Positions 1 through 4,612 of a DNA stretch of 4,612 nucleotides are shown piece by piece. Below the pieces are notes generated by a model. It did no database searches. It saw only the letters and a list, made by a program, of their open reading frames with translations, and had not been told where the DNA came from. Position 1 is the stretch's first letter, and each line of letters starts with the position of its first letter. Source of the DNA: a virus (lineage: Duplodnaviria > Heunggongvirae > Uroviricota > Caudoviricetes); IMG/VR virus record IMGVR_UViG_2671181050_000008; one strand, 5' to 3'. The position numbers and the translations under genes are program-made.

Positions 1-148
1 TTGCCCCGTTTGGGAGCTCCAATTTAGGCCGTTTGAAATCAGCAATAGTCATAAATATTTTTATTGGGGTCATGAAAGCGGACAACCACGCTGGCTCTAC
101 CCTGCGCCATGAAAATGTCAATTCACATCTGAACTAATGCTCTTTAAT

Positions 149-574
149 CTAGTAACGTCTAAAATACCTAACATTTCCTTGATAAAATGCCAGTACACGC
201 TGCATAGCTTCGCTCTTCCGGCACTCGCGACAGATTATATTCAGACGCCTGTCGTAGCGGCGTATTTCGCCGTCTGGTAACGACCAGATAAGGTCCGGAT
301 CAACCACTGCAGGTTTCTTCACCTTTGCCCTTGAGAGTTTTTTGCGGGCATTTTGCCAGTCCTTACGCGCCTGTTCAGACGGGAATAACCCGTAACCAGA
401 GTTGTATACATCACCACTGGCAACCAGCTCTCTGGCAAGAACGCTCATCAGATATCTTGTCGCACCTGTCTTGGCTTCCAGTTGCCGTAACGTCTCGCGC
501 CCACTCCGGCGTACTAGCTCAACAACCTGCCCTTTAATTTTTTCTCGCTCTTCTTGTGTAAATACTTTTGCCAT
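149..574 (-). CDS. Ren-like protein with an N-terminal winged-helix-like domain (141 aa)
   Basis: ORF-track frame 149..589 starts at TTG; ATG at 574..572 is preceded by GAAGG 5 nt upstream. C-terminal ...ECRKSEAMQRVLAFYQG resembles lambda Ren C-terminus as I recall it (ECRQSAAMKRVLAVYG); a TGAT-containing HTH-like segment also matches. Lies downstream of the P-like gene, as ren does in lambda. Recalled homology, not searched. Confidence 0.55.
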   Translation of the reverse strand: MAKVFTQEEREKIKGQVVELVRRSGRETLRQLEAKTGATRYLMSVLARELVASGDVYNSGYGLFPSEQARKDWQNARKKLSRAKVKKPAVVDPDLIWSLPDGEIRRYDRRLNIICRECRKSEAMQRVLAFYQGNVRYFRRY

Positions 575-589
575 AAGCGCCTTCGGCAA

Positions 590-1360
590 TCACTTTTCCG
601 ATACAACACGGCGGGAAGAATCAGTAATCTGTCGAACAATATCCCGGTGCTTGTTCAGCTCCCGCAGCGCGGCGCAGACTCGTTCCCACTTCTGAACATC
701 ACTTTTCGCCCTGCGCAGCGCCAGGTTTGCCCTGCGCAGGGACGGAAAAATCAGCTCATCTGCTTGCGTTTCGGTAAACGATGGCAACGACTGCACAATG
801 TCCGCCACAGTTTCTGTTTTAATTTCTTCCTGTGTTGCGGCTTCCCGGACTGGTAACGCAGCACCTGCTGGCTGAGGAAAGGCCTTACCATCACTTTCCG
901 TTACCAGCGCGGCTTTCGGCTCTGCTGGTAAATTATCGCCCGGCATGCAGTAACGAAATTTACCGTTCTGATTAACGCGTGCCAGCCGCCCCGTTGCGGT
1001 TACCACCGCCAGCGTGGAAGCAACCTTGCGAGTACTGACACCGAACTTACCCGCCAGTTCCTCACACGTTTTAGCCCCATCCTGACCGATAAACTCAATC
1101 ATCATGTCTGCGGTAACTTTTTGTTCGACCTCCCCGGTCAGCATATCCTGTGCTTCAGATTTTACTGGCCGCTCTTCGGTTACCCGGGATTCACCTTCGC
1201 CAGCCAGAAACCAGGTGTGACCAGTTTTATCAACGACGCCTTTTCTTTTGAGTTCCCACAGCTCGTTGAGAACCTCTTCACGACTGATATCAAGTCGCGC
1301 GGCCAGTTCTACCGATGTGGCTTTTCCCATTGCTTTCAGTGCGTCAAATACGGTTTCCAT
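590..1360 (-). CDS. Hypothetical protein with two tandem winged-helix-like repeats and a helical C-terminal region (256 aa)
   Basis: Track ORF 590..1378 starts at TTG; ATG at 1360..1358 is preceded by GGAGGA 7 nt upstream. Two internal segments ([32 protein letters not shown] and [32 protein letters not shown]) align to each other and to the HTH-like segment of the downstream Ren-like protein. Same strand and tight spacing with flanking genes. Confidence 0.65.
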   Translation of the reverse strand: METVFDALKAMGKATSVELAARLDISREEVLNELWELKRKGVVDKTGHTWFLAGEGESRVTEERPVKSEAQDMLTGEVEQKVTADMMIEFIGQDGAKTCEELAGKFGVSTRKVASTLAVVTATGRLARVNQNGKFRYCMPGDNLPAEPKAALVTESDGKAFPQPAGAALPVREAATQEEIKTETVADIVQSLPSFTETQADELIFPSLRRANLALRRAKSDVQKWERVCAALRELNKHRDIVRQITDSSRRVVSEK

Positions 1361-1393
1361 TAAAATTTCCTCCGACAAAATCGTTTCTCAGAT

Positions 1394-2059
1394 TCAAATA
1401 AAACCAGCTGCCTTCCGGCGTTCGTATTCCTGTTTCAGCCGTTCAATTGGCGTTGGCCCTTGCGGGTGTTTCGCCCCTTCCAGTTGTCGTCGCACTGGCG
1501 GAACACTCATCCCGTTACCAACATGCTTTGCCCATTTCGTCAGTTGCCGTTCCGCAAGTCGTTTTAACTCACCCTGCGTCATCTGGCGCTCAATCCCTCT
1601 GGTACGCATTTCGAGGCAGATGTGGTACAGCACAGGCTGAGGCCACGGATATTTGTCGCTTCCGTCATATCGCCAGGACTCATCACGCCAGCGGCGGTAC
1701 TCCTCCATCACAGCATCCACCGTCAGGCCAAATGGATTGGCCCCGCTTTCTGAAATCAGCGCCACAAACTCAGCCAGGTCCGGAGGCCATGTTTCACCCG
1801 CCCGGCAGCGGTCCATGCACTGGCGGCAGACCTGTCGGATTTGCTGCTCAGTCATCGTGCCAATCTGTGCAATCCAGAGCTTCGAAGGTGCGGCCCCGTT
1901 CTTCTGGGTCCAGCGGTTCGAATAAACCTCCCCCATGAGTTCCCACAGCTTCCAGACCGTTTCCGTCGCTGATAAATCCGTTTTCACGTTCCCACTGCTC
2001 ACGTGCTGCCCGAATTTCCTGAACTGCCCGTGATGCGGTGCCACCTGGTGCTGCTGCAT
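1394..2059 (-). CDS. Replication protein P-like helicase loader (221 aa)
   Basis: ATG at 2059..2057 is preceded by AAGGGGG 5 nt upstream. Several blocks match lambda P as recalled: KLWIAQIGTMTEQQ vs RQWVLAFRENGITTMEQV, WPPDLAEFVALISE vs FLPSPGQFVAWCRE, YPWPQPVLYH vs YPWKSNAHYW, MTQGELKRLAERQL vs LTDAELRRKAADEL. The first 212 nt overlap the upstream O-like ORF in another frame, so the exact start is uncertain. Confidence 0.7.
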   Translation of the reverse strand: MQQHQVAPHHGQFRKFGQHVSSGNVKTDLSATETVWKLWELMGEVYSNRWTQKNGAAPSKLWIAQIGTMTEQQIRQVCRQCMDRCRAGETWPPDLAEFVALISESGANPFGLTVDAVMEEYRRWRDESWRYDGSDKYPWPQPVLYHICLEMRTRGIERQMTQGELKRLAERQLTKWAKHVGNGMSVPPVRRQLEGAKHPQGPTPIERLKQEYERRKAAGFI

Positions 2060-2888
2060 GGTTTACCCCCTTGCTGACTGGCTTAACCTGCGCCCTGACG
2101 TGATTTACGTGACGGGCGAATTTCTGCTCCCACTGAACCTGCGTGAAAACTTTCCCCTCCGCTGCCCAGTAGTCCCGGAAAGCGGCAAGTTCAGCAGGTG
2201 TAAATTCCGGCTCCGGCAAAGCCATCCCCCACAACGCAGCCCGTCGTCGAAAATCCGGCGACGGATGCCAGTCATCGACCATCGGAAATTTCCCGATGGG
2301 TTCGCTCAGTCCATCCAGGGATGCAGGTTCTGCTGCCTGCAACGGCGTACCACTCGACTCACTGGTCGGAGCACTCTCGCGCACGTGCGCGTTATGTGTG
2401 GGGTTTAATTCTTTATCTGTATCTTTATCTGTCGTGACTCGTCGTGACATGTCGTGACATATGCGTGACTCGTCGTGACACCCCTCATTCTGTTTTCGTA
2501 ATTTTTCCCTCTCGCGCTGCGCTCTCTTGCGCTCTGCCGGGGATTTCGCGGTTTGTGAAACGTTGCCATTGTCCTCTTTCAGTACCTGGCGTTTTTCCCA
2601 TCCGGTGATTAAATCTCCATCAAGTACCCGCCCCTGCATTGCCTGTAAAATTGAATCAATTACTTCTTCCGTCACATCAAGCGCACTTGCTAAATCTTCC
2701 GTCGTGACATCAATGTGACCACGTAGTGACACGCCGTGACATGTCGTGACATTTCGTGACGCGCTCACCAGAAGGTGGATATACACTGCCATCACTGTTG
2801 CAATTGGCTGCCCTGACACCCTGGCAATTGTTCGCCACTTAGGGTCATTTGGCATGTCATGCCATAATCTGAGCCAGGCGTTAGCCAT
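1848..2888 (-). CDS. Phage replication initiator, O-like / YdaU-like replisome organiser (346 aa), carrying the origin iterons internally
   Basis: Track start at 2894 is GTG; ATG at 2888..2886 is preceded by GAGGTGA 4-5 nt upstream. Trp-rich N-terminal domain (AWLRLWHDMPNDPKW...GWEKRQ) followed by a Lys/Arg/Glu-rich linker. Sits directly upstream of the P-like gene and contains phased iterons, the lambda O arrangement. Occupies the ydaU position after the YdaS/YdaT-like genes. The C-terminal ~70 aa overlap the P-like start and may be a read-through extension. Confidence 0.65.
   Translation of the reverse strand: MANAWLRLWHDMPNDPKWRTIARVSGQPIATVMAVYIHLLVSASRNVTTCHGVSLRGHIDVTTEDLASALDVTEEVIDSILQAMQGRVLDGDLITGWEKRQVLKEDNGNVSQTAKSPAERKRAQREREKLRKQNEGCHDESRICHDMSRRVTTDKDTDKELNPTHNAHVRESAPTSESSGTPLQAAEPASLDGLSEPIGKFPMVDDWHPSPDFRRRAALWGMALPEPEFTPAELAAFRDYWAAEGKVFTQVQWEQKFARHVNHVRAQVKPVSKGVNHAAAPGGTASRAVQEIRAAREQWERENGFISDGNGLEAVGTHGGGLFEPLDPEERGRTFEALDCTDWHDD
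2403..2480. other. Candidate origin of replication: five phased iterons next to an AT-rich tract
   Basis: Iteron starts at 2431, 2441, 2451, 2462, 2472 (GTCGTGAC, one variant TGCGTGAC), spaced 10-11 bp. Adjacent tract 2403-2430 (tttaattctttatctgtatctttatct) is AT-rich with a duplicated CTTTATCTGT. In the gene's direction of transcription the order is iterons then AT-rich tract, as in lambda ori inside O. Confidence 0.6.
2701..2760. repeat. Second iteron array: six phased GTCGTGAC-like repeats
   Basis: Units start at 2701 (gtcgtgac), 2712 (aatgtgac), 2723 (gtagtgac), 2733 (gccgtgac), 2743 (gtcgtgac), 2753 (ttcgtgac), spaced 10-11 bp. Same core as the 2431-2479 array, about 220 bp away, inside the N-terminal coding region of the initiator gene. 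Confidence 0.6.
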
Positions 2889-2959
2889 ACTCACCTCTTC
2901 TGATACCGAATCTTTTTACTCACAAATTGCCGGAAGTGATCCGGTATGAATATTGCGAG

Positions 2960-3385
2960 TCAATGCACAGCCACAATATTTCCTGCAGGGCCACCACGAT
3001 TCATCTGGTTGAAACCAGCGATCGCCACTGCGACAAAATCATCAGCGTCTCTCACCAGTCGTTCCCGCGTCTCCACCAGCTCCCGAAAATAAGCTGAACT
3101 GTGGCTGCGCATTCGGGCCACCAGCAGAGGCGGCATTGCTTTTTCGATCGCTGGTAACAACGCCTGAATTTTTTTAACCGCATCAGGAGTGTCTTTCTCC
3201 ACCCAGCGGAAAATTTTCTGGGTATTGCGAGCCAGGGCTTCCGGATGGCTGTCGTCATATAATTCCGGGAACGTCATACCAAGCTCAAAATAAGCCCGGG
3301 TTATTTCAGCTGCCGGAACTTTTTCACCGTCCGGATGCGCCCAGGCATTCATCGCCATGCGGATGTGCTCATGCCTGATTTTCAT
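2960..3385 (-). CDS. ydaT: YdaT-like protein (proposed CII functional analogue), 141 aa
   Basis: ATG at 3385..3383 is preceded by GGAG 7 nt upstream. Start overlaps the end of the Cro-like gene by 17 nt. Size (~140 aa) and position between the Cro-like gene and the replication genes match ydaT of Rac-type prophages. Assignment is mainly by synteny. Confidence 0.65.
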   Translation of the reverse strand: MKIRHEHIRMAMNAWAHPDGEKVPAAEITRAYFELGMTFPELYDDSHPEALARNTQKIFRWVEKDTPDAVKKIQALLPAIEKAMPPLLVARMRSHSSAYFRELVETRERLVRDADDFVAVAIAGFNQMNRGGPAGNIVAVH

Positions 3386-3644
3386 GAATCAACTCCGATG
3401 CATTTGGTGTGTTAGCCTTGAATCCAACAGGTAAGCCGTCGGTTGGATTCGGGTAAATATCAGGCCGGAGTTCATGAGGTGTAACCTCGAAATTCGTTAC
3501 TTCAGCAACACGTAATGCTTTTTCAGGGCTGAATCTTTCATAGCCCCCCAGCACTCGACTTACATGCACCTGAGATAAACCCGTTAGCTTCCCAAACTGT
3601 AGCTGGGTGATATGTTTCTCTTTTAAATAGTCTCTTAAGTTCAT
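3369..3644 (-). CDS. ydaS: Cro-like HTH regulator, YdaS family (91 aa)
   Basis: Track start at 3650 is TTG; ATG at 3644..3642 is preceded by GAAGG 6 nt upstream. HTH segment (ITQLQFGKLTGLSQVHVSRVL) and C-terminal ELRPDI motif match E. coli K-12 YdaS as I recall it (CEELRPDIDW). First gene downstream of the divergent promoter region. Confidence 0.75.
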   Translation of the reverse strand: MNLRDYLKEKHITQLQFGKLTGLSQVHVSRVLGGYERFSPEKALRVAEVTNFEVTPHELRPDIYPNPTDGLPVGFKANTPNASELIHENQA

Positions 3645-3674
3645 AGCCAACCTTCTACGTTATGCCTCGAGCAA

Positions 3675-3703
3675 ATATTAGCCCCGCTAATTTTAAAGAT
3701 CAA
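3675..3703 (-). promoter_or_regulatory. P_R-like sigma70 promoter for the Cro-like operon
   Basis: Read on the - strand: -35 TTGATC (plus 3698-3703), 17-nt spacer, -10 TAATAT (plus 3675-3680). Predicted start near 3668, about 24 nt upstream of the ATG at 3644. Confidence 0.5.
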
Positions 3704-3717
3704 TAGCCAGACTATCT

Positions 3718-3745
3718 TTGATAATATTGGTAAAACAAATAAACT
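3718..3745 (+). promoter_or_regulatory. P_RM-like promoter for the repressor, probably giving a leaderless mRNA
   Basis: -35 TTGATA (3718-3723), 16-nt spacer, -10 TAAACT (3740-3745), which places the start at or next to the A of ATG 3752. No Shine-Dalgarno precedes the ATG. Lambda cI from P_RM is leaderless. Confidence 0.4.
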
Positions 3746-3751
3746 CTATGT

Positions 3752-4213
3752 ATGAAAAAAACACGCGAAGTGATTGCAACTCCAGAAGCGAGCAAGAATT
3801 TAAAAGCCGCATGGAATGCAAGAAAAAAAGAGCTGAAGCTGACTCAAGAGCTGGCGGCTGAGTTGTTGGGATTCGAATCTCAAGGCACCGTTAGCCAGTA
3901 TCTGAACGGCAAGATACCGGTAAATACCGACGCTGCGCTAAAATTTGCGGCTCTGTTAAAGGTAAAACCAGAGGACATTCGAGAAGACCTTAAAGACTTA
4001 ATGAATTATGTAAGATCATCAGATACTTATGATGATAACTTTTCAGGCAAAGGATGGAGGCTGGTCAATGAAGAACAGGCAGAGTTACTTAACCTCTTCG
4101 AGATTCTACCTGCGTCAGAAAAAGCCAAACTCCTTAACCAGCTACGTGGACTAAACAAGCTCTACGAGGAAGCCTTCGAGAACATGCTGGCACTAAAGAA
4201 ACGTAACCAGTAG
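3752..4213 (+). CDS. CI/RacR-like HTH (XRE-family) prophage repressor, 153 aa
   Basis: ATG start. HTH segment LTQELAAELLGFESQGTVSQYLNGK. Divergent from the Cro-like gene across ~100 bp of promoter/operator DNA. Size close to RacR. No peptidase-like C-terminal domain is obvious. Followed by an intrinsic terminator. Confidence 0.75.
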   Translation: MKKTREVIATPEASKNLKAAWNARKKELKLTQELAAELLGFESQGTVSQYLNGKIPVNTDAALKFAALLKVKPEDIREDLKDLMNYVRSSDTYDDNFSGKGWRLVNEEQAELLNLFEILPASEKAKLLNQLRGLNKLYEEAFENMLALKKRNQ

Positions 4214-4237
4214 CCACCGCTCACTACCCCATCCACA

Positions 4238-4270
4238 ACAAAAAAACCGACGTCTTAGTCGGTTTTTTTG
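4238..4270 (+). terminator. Rho-independent terminator, potentially bidirectional
   Basis: A-tract 4238-4246, stem CCGAC (4247-4251) / GTCGG (4258-4262) with loop gtctta, then TTTTTTT (4263-4269). Lies 25 nt after the repressor stop codon. Confidence 0.8.
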
Positions 4271-4366
4271 TGCCATAACTTCTGCAAATCAGCTGTATAA
4301 CTAATATTTTTCCCTTGAAAAAACATTTACATAGTTACCAAATCAAAAATATCATACGCCATACTG

Positions 4367-4395
4367 TTGACTTAAAATATCCGCGTTACTAATAT
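4367..4395 (+). promoter_or_regulatory. Near-consensus sigma70 promoter for the downstream gene
   Basis: -35 TTGACT (4367-4372), 17-bp spacer, -10 TAATAT (4390-4395), with AT-rich DNA upstream. Predicted start near 4402, giving a ~65-nt leader. Confidence 0.6.
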
Positions 4396-4466
4396 TTCTA
4401 TCAAGAACAGCACGGCGCTGTAGGTTTTAGTTCCGCCACCCGGCGTTAAGGGGAAATGAGGTCAGC

Positions 4467-4612
4467 ATGGATACTATCGAGCTTGGCAACAACGAATCTC
4501 TGGTGTACGGCGTGTTTCCCAACCAGGACGGCACATTCACCGCGATGACGTATACCAAAAGCAAAACGTTTAAAACCGAAAATGGTGCCCGTCGCTGGCT
4601 GGAAAGAAACTC
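4467..4612 (+). CDS. 5' part of an unidentified protein (MDTIELGNNESLVYGVFPNQDGTFTAMTYTKSKTFKTENGARRWLERN...), truncated by the window edge
   Basis: ATG at 4467 is preceded by GAGGT 4 nt upstream. Open to the window end. No in-window ORF-track entry, because it runs off the edge. Confidence 0.55.
   Translation, partial: MDTIELGNNESLVYGVFPNQDGTFTAMTYTKSKTFKTENGARRWLERN

Noticed and set aside
72-137. A 21-codon + strand ORF (MKADNHAGSTLRHENVNSHLN).
   Set aside because: The only Shine-Dalgarno-like GGGGT sits 1 nt from the ATG, the ORF is very short, and it is antisense to the operon direction. No supporting signal.
2431-2760. The short direct-repeat arrays considered as a possible CRISPR array.
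   Set aside because: The repeat unit is only 10-11 bp with no unique spacers between units, and the arrays sit inside a coding region next to an AT-rich tract. This fits origin iterons, not CRISPR.
325-2949. Plus-strand ORFs from the six-frame track (325..537, 402..695, 554..856, 1121..1363, 1248..1640, 1447..1938, 1653..1925, 2058..2408, 2527..2718, 2746..2949).
   Set aside because: All lie antisense to longer - strand genes that have Shine-Dalgarno-supported ATG starts, operon-like spacing and recognisable motifs. Their products are Ser/Arg/Cys-rich and low-complexity, typical of shadow frames in GC-rich coding DNA.
2895-2959. An oop-like antisense RNA promoter and the hairpin CCGGA-agtga-TCCGG (2930-2944) between the YdaT-like and initiator genes.
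   Set aside because: No convincing -35/-10 pair on the + strand and no T-tract after the hairpin on either strand. An antisense RNA by analogy to lambda oop is not supported by the sequence alone.
3008-3016. The 8-bp palindrome GCGATCGC as a possible regulatory or terminator element.
   Set aside because: Too short, no loop and no flanking T-tract. It lies inside coding sequence and is most simply a chance palindrome.
3052-3258. A 68-aa - strand ORF nested inside the YdaT-like gene in another frame.
   Set aside because: Fully contained in a better-supported gene, with no independent ribosome-binding site and a Trp/Arg/Cys-rich composition.
589-3650. ORF-track start codons at 589 (TTG), 1378 (TTG), 2894 (GTG) and 3650 (TTG).
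   Set aside because: In each case an in-frame ATG 2-6 codons downstream has a better-placed Shine-Dalgarno (GAAGG, GGAGGA, GAGGTGA, GAAGG). The longer alternatives cannot be fully excluded without N-terminal data.
1-4612. Screen for tRNA, rRNA, integrase/attachment site and insertion-sequence ends.
   Set aside because: No cloverleaf-compatible segments, no rRNA-like conserved blocks, no terminal inverted repeats and no transposase- or integrase-like ORFs were found. The window appears to lie wholly inside the prophage early region.

Overview
This window reads as the immunity and early-replication module of a lambdoid (Rac / CP-933P-like) enterobacterial prophage. On the - strand, one leftward operon runs from a P_R-like promoter (~3675-3703) through: a Cro-like YdaS-family HTH protein, a YdaT-like (CII-analogue) protein, an O/YdaU-like replication initiator, a lambda-P-like helicase loader, a protein with two winged-helix-like repeats, and a Ren-like protein. 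The initiator gene carries two internal arrays of helically phased GTCGTGAC iterons plus an AT-rich tract, which is the likely origin. On the + strand, a CI/RacR-like HTH repressor is transcribed divergently, apparently from a leaderless mRNA, and ends at a strong intrinsic terminator. Beyond the terminator lies an AT-rich spacer with a near-consensus sigma70 promoter and the 5' end of an unidentified gene that runs off the window. No rRNA, tRNA, CRISPR array or transposase was seen. Several ORF-track starts are TTG/GTG codons; I prefer the ATG with a Shine-Dalgarno a few codons inside. All homology statements rest on motifs recalled from memory and on synteny, not on a database search.
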